This document shows positions 1 to 12,842 of a stretch of DNA of 64,000 bases, piece after piece. The position numbers and the translations under genes are program-made. The stretch is from positions 63,488,001 to 63,552,000 of the forward strand of contig NC_043003.1 in the NCBI RefSeq assembly GCF_006345805.1, read 5' to 3'. The notes beneath the pieces were generated by a model that saw only the letters and a list, made by a program, of their open reading frames with translations, did not search any database and was not told the DNA's origin. Position 1 is the first letter of the stretch. Each line of letters begins with the position of its first letter. Source of the DNA: Octopus sinensis. Lineage: Eukaryota.

Positions 1-131
1 TGGTGCTTTTTATGTGCCACCGGCACGAGGGCCAGGCGAGGCTGGCAACGGACACGAAACGGGGCAGTGCTGGCAACGGTCGAGTATATATATATATAAA
101 TATATATATATATGTAAATGTAATATGTGAC

Positions 132-201
132 AATTATTCAGTAGCCATGATAAAACTCTGAGTTTCGGATGCCAGAGTTTTATCATGGCTACTGAATAAT
201 T
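132..201. repeat. Perfect 29-bp-stem hairpin (12-nt loop)
   Basis: aattattcagtagccatgataaaactctg (132-160) and its exact reverse complement (173-201). Confidence 0.9.
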
Positions 202-288
202 TACAGATAAATTCCTCTATTTACATAATATCGAGGTTTCTTTCATTCTTTTGTTGTCTTACCATTTTTATCAATATATATATATATA

Positions 289-386
289 GACTGGAGCCTG
301 GTGCAGCCTTCTGGCTTCCCAGAACCCCGGTCGAACCGTCCAACCCATGCTAGCATGGAGAACGGACGTTAAACGACGATGATGAT
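289..386 (+). mobile_element. 3' tail of an RTE-type LINE/SINE ending in (GAT)n
   Basis: ...ccaacccatgctagcatggagaacggacgttaaacgacgatgatgat resembles RTE-type 3' ends; recognised from memory. Confidence 0.4.
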
Positions 387-1264
387 ATATATATATCAAT
401 ATATATATATATACACACACACAGAGAAAGCATTACCATTGAAAAAAGCATAAATATATGTAGGAAATAAAGTAATGAATTTGATGGGGAGTAGTCCCTC
501 TCAGAAAAAGTGGATTTAGATAAAAGTTTTATGTGCGTGCCTGTGTGTGTATGTGTACACGTGCTTGTGTGTGTGTGTATGTGTCTGTTTAAAGATAGGT
601 ATATAAAGAACTCCAATGTATAGAAACAAAAAGTAAATAAGTAAAAATATGCATGGCAAATGAGAGTGATAAAATGTGACGGAATCCAAAACAATGAGAG
701 AGAGAGAGAGAGAGAGAGTGAGTGAGAGAGAGAGAGAGAGAGAGTGAGAGAAAGAGAGTGAGAGAGGGAGAATGGGGACAAGGATCTGATGCAGAGTTAA
801 CCTCTGAGCTATTGTTGGAGATTATGGATCAAGTTTTTTTTCATTTGCAAAATATGCATTTTTTAAAAGGAAGTAAAAAATCTGAAAATCAGCTATAATA
901 ATGTAGCCTTCCAGTCTCATTGCTTTGAAGGGATGATGTTGTGGAAGAAAAAAAATTGGAGAAAAAAGTTACAGAGGTTTAAAAATCGAAAAAAAAACTG
1001 TATTTTTTTTATGAATAGAATTAACCTACTTGAAATCATAAATCCAGCTGTCTGAGTCAATGAGTCCCAAAATTATATGAAATGAAAAATAATATGTAAT
1101 AATACTAACACACAGAAGGAGAAAAAAATATGTAATACACTAACACAGAAAAATTAAAACAAAATACGTGGGTGAAAAGATTCTCGTGGTGTGAAGAATC
1201 AAGTGTGAAAAATCAACATAGACAACAGCGGCACAGACGACAGTGAACCACAACTCAGCATACG

Positions 1265-1312
1265 GTTGTCATGGTAACAAGCTGCTAATGCCACGCTGTC
1301 TGTTGATTGGTT
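1265..1312. promoter_or_regulatory. RFX X-box-like palindrome plus inverted CCAAT box
   Basis: GTTGTCATGGTAAC at 1265-1278 is close to the X-box consensus GTNRCCATGGYAAC; gattggtt lies ~25 nt downstream. Confidence 0.3.
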
Positions 1313-1494
1313 AAAATTACTCAAATTTCCCGACTTTGATTACAAATAACATCAGATTGTTTAATTTACGAGATAAATTAATTGGTTGATCATAATCAAA
1401 ATTCAGATTTGCATTGATACACCAAAATTGAAAGCAACCTGAGCAAAATAAATGGGAGCTCATTAATGCAAATGAGAAAGACTAGATCTGAAAT

Positions 1495-1628
1495 TATTTA
1501 CAGCTGAGTGGATGGAAGGAACAGGAAATGAAATATATTGCTCAAGAACACAATGCATTGCCTGGTCTGGGAATTGAAACAAAGACTTTATGATTATGAA
1601 TGCAGCACCTTAACCACTTGGCCACTCA
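1495..1628 (-). mobile_element. Degenerate tRNA-head SINE fragment (family C)
   Basis: Similar to 5145-5480 (cagctgagtgga...ttgctcaagaacacaa...taaccact). Confidence 0.6.
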
Positions 1629-2029
1629 CCTTTACAATTCTGTCAACATTTTGCCCTAAATAATTGTTTCAAATATAGACATGAGGCCTGCAATATTTTT
1701 GTTCAGGGGTGGTAAAATACCAGTAAAATACTTGTGCTTTATCAAGCTTGTAAAAATAAAAGACAAAGCTGACCTTGGTATGATTTGAACCCAGAACCCA
1801 GAAAAGGGTAAAGAGCTGGAATAAATGGCATGAAGCATTTTGTTTCATATTCTAATTGTCTTGCCAATTCACTGCTCATGATAATAATTTCTAATGTTGA
1901 CAATAGATTTGTGCAGAGGAATGGACTAGTGGGGGAGGAGGAGGAGTTAGTCGAATAAATTGTCCTTCCCCCTCCACTACTTGGAGGGATTAAACACGAA
2001 GTTAACCTCATTGATATTTGAACTCTGAA

Positions 2030-2424
2030 CATTATTTGCATTATTTACATTTGACGGATATTTGTCCTCATCTTGTTTGTTGTTAACACAACATTTCGAC
2101 TGATATACCTATTTCTTTATTACCCACAAGGGGCTAAACACAGAGAGAACAAACAAGGACAGACATAGGTATTAAGTCGATTACATCGACCCCAGTGCAT
2201 AACTGGTACTTAATTTATCGACCCCCGAAAGGATGAAAGGCAAAGTTGACCTCGGCGGAATTTGAACTCACAACGTAACGCAGACGAAATACCGCTAAGC
2301 ATTTCGCCCGATGTGCTAACGTTTCTGCCAGCTCACCGCCCTTCGGCTGATATACCCTCCAGCCTTCATCAGGTGTCTTGGAGAAATTTCGAACTTGTGT
2401 TCTCATTCCTAAGGTATTTTTCGA

Positions 2425-2482
<58 letters not shown>

Positions 2483-2650
2483 ACATTGAAAAATACCTTA
2501 GGAATGAGAATCCAGGTTCGAAATTTCCCCAAGACACCTGATGAAGGCTGGAGGGTATATCAAGTGAAATGTTGTGTTAATAACAAACAAGATAAAGACA
2601 AATATCTGTCAAATGTAAATAATGTAAATAATGTACATAATTCCTCATCT
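2030..2650. mobile_element. Inverted pair of Penelope-like terminal repeats around (ATT)n, with hammerhead-like core
   Basis: Left copy (minus, split by a SINE) and right copy (2482-2650, plus) both read ...agacac CTGATGA aggctg gagggtatat ca.. GAAA tgttgtgtt...gacaaatat; (ATT)n at ~2426-2481. Confidence 0.6.
2110..2341 (-). mobile_element. Full-length SINE family B (Tx1-type tail) with 15-bp TSD
   Basis: tRNA-like head ggcggtgagctggcagaaacg, B-box-like gagttcaaattcc, tail ...gccccttgtgggtaataaagaaata; TSD ttcgactgatatacc (2095-2109) / ttcggctgatatacc (2342-2356). Confidence 0.85.
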
Positions 2651-2984
2651 CTTAAATATAGAATCTGAGTATAAAACTCCAGGAGAAATACTGGTTTCAA
2701 ATTGTGGCACAAGGCCAGCAGATTTTGTGGGTGGGGAGGGGGAATTGATTGCAACAACACTAGTACTTGGCTGGTACTTGATTTATCGACCTCCCCCTCC
2801 CCTTCAAAGATGATACACAAAGCCATCCTCGGTTCAGAAGAATTACCACTAGGTGTGTAGAAGCGTGTTCACAGTTAGGATTTTTACCATTAAGTACCTA
2901 CATTTTGGCTCATCACGTGATAGTCCACTCCCTCTAGGGTTATATGGGCAGTCTACTCCATCATGTGACAGACCAGCCAAGGAA

Positions 2985-3165
2985 GCTTTAACATTAGCAT
3001 ACTGGGTGAAATGCTTAGAGGTATTTCGTCTGTCTTTACATTCTGTGTTCAAATTCCATTGAGGTCGACTTTGGGGTCAATAAATTAAGTACTAGTTACA
3101 TACTGGGTCAATGTAATTGACTAGTCCCCTCCCGCAAGATTTCAGGCCTTGTGCCTTTCTTTAGT
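2985..3165 (+). mobile_element. SINE family B (aggccttgtgcct tail variant)
   Basis: gaaatgcttagaggtatttcgtctg...gttcaaattcc...tttcaggccttgtgcct. Confidence 0.75.
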
Positions 3166-3292
3166 AGAGAAAATCATTAATATTATTACTATTATTTTTA
3201 TTATGAAAATTATTATTATCGTCATTATTATTATTATTATTATCGTCATCATTATCATCATCATTATTATTATCGTTATTATTATTATTATT

Positions 3293-3838
3293 GAGTGAGA
3301 GAGCAGTGCATGCCCTCGAAGTGACACTGGAGTAAAATATACGAAACCCAGTATACTCATCATGACTACCCATCTGATAAGGGTACACCAGGCACATGCA
3401 TCACAACCATATGTGCGTGACATGGTGATCTCATATCAAGATAAACAGCACATGACCTTGCAGGTGGGGCCCAGTTAGAATTTTCTTCTGGTCGAGGAGT
3501 CCATCCCGCTCAAAAGGTCCCTGAATAAGGGTTGTTTAAGGATGTTGAACGAAACACCCATGTTTCCAGAGGTGAACTATTCAAACCCCAAAGAATTCCT
3601 CTCAACACATGGCTATGATTCTCCCCCACTACTTCTGCTTGTGATCAGAGATGCACATATTATCAGCCACTAAAGGACATGCTCAACTGGTTACGGTCAA
3701 ACAACTGACAAACAAATCTGTGGTATTGAGCAGAATATTTGCTGTAGGCCATCTTTTATACCAAGATGAAACAATGTACATGATAAAACTTTCAATCAGT
3801 TAAGATCAGAAGCCATGAAAGCCACTGTCTGGTACTGC
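3293..3838 (+). repeat. Unclassified ~550-bp interspersed repeat embedded in (ATT)n
   Basis: Second diverged copy on the minus strand at ~7085-7520; ATT repeats on both flanks of this copy. Confidence 0.6.
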
Positions 3839-4036
3839 TTTATTATTATTATTAGTGGCATTTCATCCATTTTCTTACGTTTTGAGATCAAATTCTGCCG
3901 AGATCGACTTTGCCTGTCATCCTTTAGAGATCGATAAAATAAGTACCTGATGAGTCCCAAAGTCGACATAATCGACTTTTCCCTCCTCTCAAAATTACTG
4001 AACCTGTACCAAAACTTAGAAAGTTATATTTTCATA

Positions 4037-4425
4037 GCAACGAACCGCATGGTTCCGAGTCCAGTCTCACTGCGTGGCACCTAGGGCAAGTGTCTTCTAC
4101 TATAGCTTCGGGCCGACCAAAGCCTTGTGAGTAGATTTGGTAGACGGAAACTGAAAGAAGCTCGTCGTATATATGTATATATATTTATATGTATGTGTGT
4201 GCATTTATGTGTTTGTGTTTGTCCCCCGAACATCGCTTGACAACGGATGCTGATGTGTTTACGTCCCCGTAAATTAGCGGTTCGGCATAAGAGACCGATG
4301 ATAGAATAAGTACTGGGCTTACAAAGAATAAGTCCTGGGGTCGATTTGCTCGACTAAAGGCGGTGCTCCAGCATGGCCGCAGTCACATGATTGAAACAAG
4401 TAAAAGAGTAACAGAGTAAAGAGTT
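4037..4425 (+). mobile_element. SINE family A (tRNA head, internal microsatellite, AAAGAGT-repeat tail)
   Basis: Colinear with the intact copy at 54199-54613. Confidence 0.8.
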
Positions 4426-5144
4426 GTATGACTTTGTCTCGTAGTTTGTCAGTGAGAATTTTTTTAGATACCAGCTGCAATAAACAGAATACTGTTTAAC
4501 AATTGAGATCGTATTTCAACCTGAAATCTCGCAAAGGATCTAAATCGTCATAACATTATTCTCTAAACCAATTGTATCGATGGATTTCAACGCAAACATC
4601 CTTTCATTACTCAACAGATCAAATTGTAAACGCGAGACTGCGTTGCAGGGGAGATAACTTTTATAAAAGTTATTTCCCCTGCATCAATTTTTGTTTGCCG
4701 TTTAGTTTTGAATTTGCAGCTTTAGTTTTTATATAACGTTATTTACGGACATCATTTCGACATATTTCTATCTCGTATAATATTACTTATGACTATTATA
4801 TTTCACACAAATAAAATGCTTTCTATTTTTCTTTAAATATATTCACAGTCTTGAATGGTTTTAGTTCAACAAATCAGCCCCAGTGTTTATTTTATCGGTA
4901 TTTTCTACCGAACCGCTTGTTTACGGAGATGTAAACAAACTAACACCGAGTGTCTAACAATAGAAGGAAACAAGCGCACATTCCAAGACACGTACACACA
5001 TACGACGGGCTTTCTCTCAGTTTCCATCTACCAAATCGATCCGGTGTTACCGTGCAATGGGACGAAATCCGAAATCTCGTGGCTGCAAAGCGAGCTTCTT
5101 AACCATAGAGTCAATACATATACTTATATTTCGTGCTTGCGCTT

Positions 5145-5480
5145 ATACATTCTTCTCCTACTCCGCCGGTTACGACGACGAGGGTCCCAGCTGATACGAT
5201 CAACGGAACAGCTTGCTCGTGAAATTAACGTGCAAATGGCTGAGCATTCCACAGACACGTGTACCCTTAACGTAGTTCTCGGGGATAATCAGCGTGACAC
5301 AGAGAGTGACAAGGCTGACCCTTTGAAATACAAGTACAACTCATTTTTGCCAGCTGAGTGGACTGGAGCAACGTGAAATAAAGTGTCTTGCTCAAGGACA
5401 CAACGCGTCGCCGGGAATCGAACTCACAACCTTACGATCATGAGCCGAATGCCCTAACCACTAAGCCACGCGCCCTCACT
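5145..5480 (-). mobile_element. SINE family C, tRNA-derived head
   Basis: Minus strand gtgagggcgcgtggcttagtggttaggg...gagttcgattccc (A and B boxes) followed by gtgtccttgagcaagacact domain. Confidence 0.8.
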
Positions 5481-5484
5481 GCGC

Positions 5485-5880
5485 TTATACATACATACAT
5501 ACATACATACATACATACATACATACATACATACATACATACGTACGTACGTACGTACATACATACATACATACATACGTACGTACGTACATACATACAT
5601 ACATACATACATACATACATACATACATACATACATACATACGTACGTTCATACATACGTACGTACATACATACGCACGTACGCACGCACGTACATACGC
5701 ACGCACGTACATATGCACTTACATACGCACATACATACGTACGTACATACGCACATACATACATACACACATACACACATACACACATACATACACACTC
5801 ATACATACATACACACATGCATGCACACACACACATACATACGCGCGCGCGCACTCACACACACACACACATACAATCCT
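5485..5880. repeat. Compound (TACA/TACG/CA)n microsatellite
   Basis: Direct inspection. Confidence 0.95.
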
Positions 5881-6027
5881 GCGTGCGGGCGTGCTGTGCA
5901 TACGTAGGAGTGTGCAGTCAGCCTCTACCCGCTAGCCGGTGCTGCTTGATAATGTATCGTGAGTCGTGTGTAGTTCTGAGGAATCTTCTGTATCGTCTTG
6001 GCCCCTTCACATTTGTTCCTGTATACC

Positions 6028-6245
6028 TTTTTCTTTATTACCAACAAGGGGCTAAACACAGAGGGGACAAACAAGGACAGACAAACGGATTAAGTTGATT
6101 ATATCGACCCCAGTGCGTAACTGGTACTTATTTAATCGACCCCGAAAGGATGAAAGGCAAAGTCGACCTCGGCGGAATTTGAACTCAGAACGTAGCGGTA
6201 GACGAAATACGGCTACGCATTTCGCCCGGCGTGCTAACGTTTCTG
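6028..6245 (-). mobile_element. SINE family B (Tx1-type tail) with 10-bp TSD
   Basis: TSD cctgtatacc at 6018-6027 and 6246-6255; tail agaggggacaaacaaggacagacaaa at 6060-6085. Confidence 0.85.
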
Positions 6246-6569
6246 CCTGTATACCGTTCAGGAAATAACAGCTGGAGTGAGATGTGGGGCGGATCATATC
6301 AGCTGCTACTGCTGCTACACATTGCAGTAACGTGAAGTAAAGTATTTTGCTCAAAGGCTTAGCATGTTGCCTGATCCAGAAATTGAACCTACGGCCTTAT
6401 AATCATAAGTTCAACACAGTAACCACAAGATCCCAGGCCTTCATAACTGAAGTTTTAACTATATCTATTTAGTGTATTAGTGAGTCGGATTCTAAAAAGT
6501 CTTCTGTAACGTCAATTATGAAAATATTTCGGTTCATTTGCTCCCCTGTTCAAACATTATTGTTTGGCG

Positions 6570-6790
6570 GAAGGCAGTGAGCCGGTAGAGTTGTTAGCAC
6601 GCCGAAAGAAATGCTTTGTGGTATTTCGCACATCGCTACGTTCTGAGTTCAAATTCCGCCGAGGTCGACTTTACCTTTCATCCTTTCAGGGTCGACAAAT
6701 TAAATACCAGTGAAACAGTGGGGTCGATGTATTCGACTAGCCTCCTCCCCACCCAATTTCAGGCCTTGTGCCTCCCTTAGAAAGGATTAT
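6570..6790 (+). mobile_element. SINE family B
   Basis: gaaggcagtgagccggtagagttgttagcacgcc...gagttcaaattccgccgaggtcgac...aggccttgtgcct. Confidence 0.8.
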
Positions 6791-7084
6791 TGTTTGGCGG
6801 ACGGAAGAGGTGAGTCCCTATTGGATGGTTTAAGTATGTCTGGTAAGTTACTCTTAGAACATCTAGAGCAGTGTTTCTCAGTCAGGGTCCTTAAATGATT
6901 TTTGGGGGTCTACATAGCAAAATAGTAAATTGGGGATCCATAGTTTTAAATATTTTAAGGGCACTTGAAAAAATTTTGTTTTAGATGTATCTACTGATTA
7001 TGTATTACAAGAAACGGCTAGGTTTCTTTCCTTAACATTTTACATACTTTAACCTATACAAGTTAATGTGTGAAAAACCTGTAA

Positions 7085-7520
7085 GTGTTTTATCTTGGTA
7101 TAAATGATGGGTTTCAGTCAATCTTCTGCTCAATGCCACAGATCTGCTCGTCAATTGTTTGACCCTAACCAGTTGAGCATGTCCCTTAGTGGCTGATTAT
7201 ATGTGAATCTCTGATTACGAGTAGAAGTAGTGGGGGAGCATCATAGCCATGTGTTGAGAGGGATTCTTTGAGGTTTGGATAATTCATCTCTGGAAACATG
7301 GATGTTTTGTTCATCATCCTTAAACAACTCTCATTCAGGGTCCTTTTGAACGGATGGGCTACACTTCCTGAAGAAAATTCTTACTGGGTCCCACTGTTTA
7401 TTTTGATATAAGGTCACCGCGCTATGCAGAAATGATTGTCATGCATGTACCTGGTGTACCCTTATCAGACGGGTAGTTATGATAGGTATATTGGGCTTCG
7501 TACATTTGTACACCAGTGGA
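7085..7520 (-). repeat. Second copy of the 3293-3838 repeat family
   Basis: Reverse-complement similarity (gggtacaccagg, catagccatgtgttgagag, gaaacatgg). Confidence 0.6.
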
Positions 7521-9003
7521 GGAAAAAATAGATAAAAATAATTATGATTCGATTATATTTTCCATTTGAGGGTGATGGCTGGAAACAGTTGTAGGAAAGA
7601 GCAAGTATATTGTAATATAAATGTCGGTTTAGAAGAAAGGGGTCATTCGTTGTAGGACTAGATCAGAATGTAGAATGCTTTGACGCCACCAGGGTTGTGC
7701 ACAACTGCTATGATTTTGTGATCATCCACTCATTGCAAATAGCTCTTAAGCAGATAAAAGTCTTACTTTCCCTCTATTTATCTAAGAGAATTTTTCCTTT
7801 AGTGAATCTTTAAAATGTTTCTCAAAGGTAACACATATCGGGAATTGAGGTACAATGAGATGATGCGACTTCCCCACATAACTGCTACCTTACCATACAT
7901 AAGCCGCATTACCGTTAGTTTGTACTAACACTTTATGATATGATATTGCTTCCAGTATTTTACTATTAGTATCCATCATTGGACAAAGCGGAATTATGCT
8001 TATCCAGCTCCCTAGCTTACGATACTCGGTCTCTCATTTATAACAACGCCGCATTAAAAGCGGGGCTTTTTTTTTATACGATTAAAATTTATGAAAAACA
8101 AAAACGCATCTTCTACGCTAGGAAATACGGTGATAAATCAAAATTATAATCGTGGAGGGTAGAAAAAATTATATCAGTATTAAGTGAAATAAATAAAAAA
8201 AAAACAAGCCTAGGTGAGACAACCATGATATTTAAATTAATTAAATTTAATTCAAAATACAATGTGAGCAATAGATTGAAGAGCAAATCTGAGGCCGGCA
8301 GATTTCATGTTTATGTTAATGTTCTTCGTCAGTATAAAGGCAGAGGTGCAGGGTATCAACTTGTGATTAAGAAGTTCGCTTGGCAAACATGGTTCTGGGT
8401 TCGAGTCCACAACACAAGTGTCTTCTATTATAGTCTCGGGATAACCAATACTTTGTGAGGAGAATTTGGCAGATGGAAACTGTTCAGAAACCTGCCACAC
8501 ACAATTCCATACATGCACATGCGCGAATGTAAAAACAAAGAAGAGTATGAGAAGAAGACGAACAAATTCTATATTTACTCGTATATAAGTTACTGCATTT
8601 TGTACTTGATTTGAAGAGAAAAACTTGCGTGGCAACTTATATGAAGCAAGGCTAAAACTAAGAAGGGAGAAAATGATGAACCAAGATTTAGTCCTAAATC
8701 AAAGATGTACCTTATACAAAAGCAAACAGGGTATTCTATGTATGAAGTTAGACATGTAAAATATGCAGAAGGGAAAAAAGTGTAGAAATGGGAAATGGAA
8801 GTAAGGCAATGAAAGAATATGTATAATTGAAAATAAATATGTATGATGAAAGGAGTAGAAAAGGGTCTAACATTCAGGGATATAACGTTTATGAAAGAAT
8901 GAAAAGAAATTAGAGAGGTAAGAGAAAAAGAAAAAGAAACTATACCGAATTTACATATGTTTACAATGCAGCTTTAGTGTAAACACACACACACACATGC
9001 ACG

Positions 9004-9045
<42 letters not shown>

Positions 9046-9049
9046 CACG

Positions 9050-9091
<42 letters not shown>

Positions 9092-9964
9092 CACGCACGC
9101 ACACACACACACATCCATGCACATAAACACTCACATGCGCGTGCACATATACATACACAAAATTGTTATCCGTTCTCGTTTTAAAAAATGATGGAAATCG
9201 TGCTTTAAGATAAAGTTCTCAATATAAAGAATGGAAATAATTATTAAAATAAGGACTCTTGCAAAACTAGTTTCGCTCTCTTCACCTTAGAAATCGCCAG
9301 AGCGTTACTCTCAAACGAATTCTATAGAAAATTAAAAGTTAGTCTGGTAAGATTCATGATTTTAATAGAAAGAGGATAACTGTAGATAATTGCTTCAAAA
9401 CCTTCAGCTTCAATACTCTGAATATGAATTTAAATTTATACTGATAATTGGCGCATTCGGTTTTGTTAATACACGTGTAACAAAACTAGGCAAAACTAGT
9501 TTTTACAAAACTAAGGTTTTCAGCAAAAGAAATAAACCAGCTAACATACATATTGCAAATACGATCTGTAAGGGGAACAGTAAAAATATGCAAGATTTTT
9601 CACAGGTTCAAAATGTGGAATTGGTTTTTAGTTATCTATGTTCTAAAATTGGAGCTTTGCATCGTTATTAGAAACTAAATCTTTTCACATGAGATTTCAA
9701 ATAATTAAAAATTGAAGGGAACATACATACGCACATGCATACAAACAAACACGCATAAATACATACATACATGCATACATACAAGCACGCATAAATACAT
9801 ACATACACACATACATAGAAAGCTGCATATGCATTGACTCCAAATACTGCACTAATATACACATACATGCAAAAATACCTTGTTGATGGTGTTGAAATTC
9901 CGATGAAGGAGACTCGGATCTTGTTTAGAAACCGGCTCTTTCTCTATTGACAAGAAATCTTGAA

Positions 9965-10535
9965 ATACATACATACATACATACACACACAACTGCATAC
10001 ATACATACATACATACATACATACATACATACATACATACATACATACATACATACATACGTACATACGTACGTACGTACGTACGTATGTACGTACATAC
10101 ATACATACATACATACAGACAGACATACATACATACATACGTACATACATACGTACTTACATACGTACATACGTACATACATACGTACGTACGTACATAC
10201 ATACATACATACGTACATACATACGTACATACATACATACATACATACATACATACATACATACATACATACGTACGTACGTACATACATACGTACGTAC
10301 GTACATACATACGTACTTACGTACATACGTACATACATACGTACGTACGTACATACATACATACTTACATACGTACGTACATACATACATACATACATAC
10401 ATACATACGTACATACATACGTACGTACATACATACGTACATACATACGTACATACATACATACGTACATACATACGTACATACATACGTACGTACGTAC
10501 ATACATACATGCTTACATACGTACATACATGCACG
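9965..10535. repeat. Long (TACA/TACG)n microsatellite
   Basis: Direct inspection; source of many spurious ORFs. Confidence 0.95.
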
Positions 10536-11166
10536 CTAGCAAATAAAAAGCAACAGTAGGTGATACGTAACGAAGCTACAGGACGCACACACGTTCGCTC
10601 TCAGAGAGAGAGGGAGATAGAGACAGAGAGAAAGGGAGGGAGGGAGGGAGAGAGAGAGTCAGACAGACAGGCACACAGACTGAGACAGAGAGAGAGGGAA
10701 CTGCAATCTATAAACTCTTCCCTCTCAAAATCAACTTTTACATTACATGACTTTTCGATTTTTAACGCCACACCAATTGGTTTCGTTCGACTACACGCAT
10801 TTGTATAAACAGTGAAGTATCATCGGTTTATTGAGCAAAGATTCTCACTGAAATCTGAATAATGAGATGTAAAATTAAATGTAGCAGAAGAAAAAAAAAA
10901 AAAATAAGCATTTAGTTCGGCAATGCTATTGAACATGTCCATCTGTATTGTGTTGTATAGCTTCTAATAACACCAGATAATCCTTTTCGCTATGTCTATT
11001 TTTATTCCGTGACCAGAGAGAGAGAGTGAAAAACACCACGATAGAGAATGTAAGGGAAATAACTGTGTACCGATCGAATGTTTTGTGAACTGATGAGCGA
11101 AGTTCATAGTTGCTCTCTTCGTGTTCTAATAATTTTCTTGCTTTCTCTTTTCTTTTACGTGTACTG

Positions 11167-11202
<36 letters not shown>

Positions 11203-11223
11203 GCATGCAATGCTCTCTCACTC

Positions 11224-11276
<53 letters not shown>

Positions 11277-11757
11277 TAATTCTAAAGAGTGAGGCTAAAA
11301 TTACCTTGCTCGCGTCCACAAACGGAATGTGCACTTAATTAACAGCTCTAAATGTAAAAATTAGAAAGAAAGAAAGAAATAAAGAAGGAAGGCAGAAAGG
11401 CAAGTGAAATAAAACCCTAGCTACATTCATGTTATACAATTTAGAAGTCTCTTGATTATTACAAGTTCGGAACAGACGAGTATTTTGACTGCGAAGCAGT
11501 TTGGCGACAGAGAGATGAGTGCTCACGCGAAGTAGATGCCAGATTTTCTATTAAAGATGAAAGACGTGAATCATTTACAGGCACTTCCAGAGCAAATTCA
11601 ATACAGCTACAAGTTGAAACTAAATTGAAAAGATTTTGTCTAATTATATATTCTCCTATTGATTTCACATGAAGCTTTATTATTTTACGGCGTGGAAAGA
11701 CATATTAGCCATTCAAAAACACACAAACACTGTTAACTTCTTTTAAGCATTAATTAG

Positions 11758-11960
11758 TTTGGTGTCAGAATCTTCGTCGCACCAACTGACGCGGGTTCCA
11801 CTGCATCTGGTTTCTGGCCAGGTGGTTGGTCGGCATATATAAGTTCCTGGGTTATAAATATATTTTTTTTTCAGCCCACAAACCTCATCACAATCTTGAT
11901 ACAGTGGAACCGCATCCGTGACCGGGTCGCAATTGGTGCGACGAAAATTCTGACACCAAA
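11758..11960. mobile_element. ~200-bp MITE-like element with imperfect ~50-bp terminal inverted repeats
   Basis: tttggtgtcagaatcttcgtcgcaccaa...ttggtgcgacgaaaattctgacaccaaa; inner gttccactgcatc / gatacagtggaac. Confidence 0.6.
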
Positions 11961-12084
11961 TTTTAGTGAAGTTTTGTGTATTTTTGAACAGTTGTGTCTC
12001 CCATATTGTAATTCTTTTAGTTTTAACATTTCAATACACGGTCTCTGATAAAATTTCTTACCGGGACAGTACATCTCCGAAATG

Positions 12085-12455
12085 TGTATACTAGTTGTGT
12101 TGTTAGAAGCTTGCTTCCCAACCATATGGTTCTGGACAGTCCACTGCGTGGTACCTTGGGCAAGTGTCTTCTACAATAACCTCGGGTCAACTGTGAGTGA
12201 ATTTAATAGACAAAAACTGAAAGAAGCGCGCCATATATTCATATATATCTATGTGAGCGTGTGTTCATATTTGTCCCCCACCAACCTATGTTGGTGCGTT
12301 TACGTCCCCATAACTTAGCGATTCGACAAAGGAACCGATAAAATTAATGCCAAGCTTTAAAAACGATAAACGCTGCAGTCGATTCATTTGACTAAAACTC
12401 TTCAACGCGATGCCCCAGCATGGACGCAATCTAATGATAATGACTGAAAGTGAAA
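12085..12455 (+). mobile_element. SINE family A (degenerate)
   Basis: gtgttgttagaagcttgcttcccaaccatatggttctgg...aaactgaaagaagc. Confidence 0.75.
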
Positions 12456-12538
12456 CACAAAATATATATTCTTTTATTCATTTGACTGCGACCTTGCTGG
12501 AGCACCACCTTTAGTCGAACAGATCCACCCTAGGACTC

Positions 12539-12582
<44 letters not shown>

Positions 12583-12602
12583 TGTGTGTGTCTGTGTATG
12601 TG

Positions 12603-12659
<57 letters not shown>

Positions 12660-12810
12660 TGTCTTGAATGGCACAACAAAGTTACTATAATAACTGTTAT
12701 AATATTTCGAAATACAAAAATTCCTTCTTCAGGTATCGCTAGGAATTGTTCGAGTCACTGCTACAATCGGTTTTCCAACGGTTACTTCCAAGTAAGTTTA
12801 CCTATCTATA

Positions 12811-12842
<32 letters not shown>

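Noticed and set aside
5410-5480. tRNA-like sequences at SINE heads (also ~60640-60710 and ~41890-41960)
   Set aside because: They continue into SINE bodies and lack a proper acceptor stem; SINE heads, not tRNA genes.
6869-7080. CAGTGTTTCTCA hAT-like terminus (similar at ~44560)
   Set aside because: Matching opposite terminus and TSD not found; too fragmentary to define an element.
11305-11347. 43-nt minus-strand candidate micro-exon (LLIKCTFRLWTRA) with AAG|GTAATT donor
   Set aside because: Cannot be linked to a gene model or homology from sequence alone.
12733-12791. 59-nt plus-strand segment with good acceptor (ttccttcttcag) and donor (CAA|GTAAGT)
   Set aside because: Two open frames, no recognisable protein and no consistent partner exons; needs RNA-seq.
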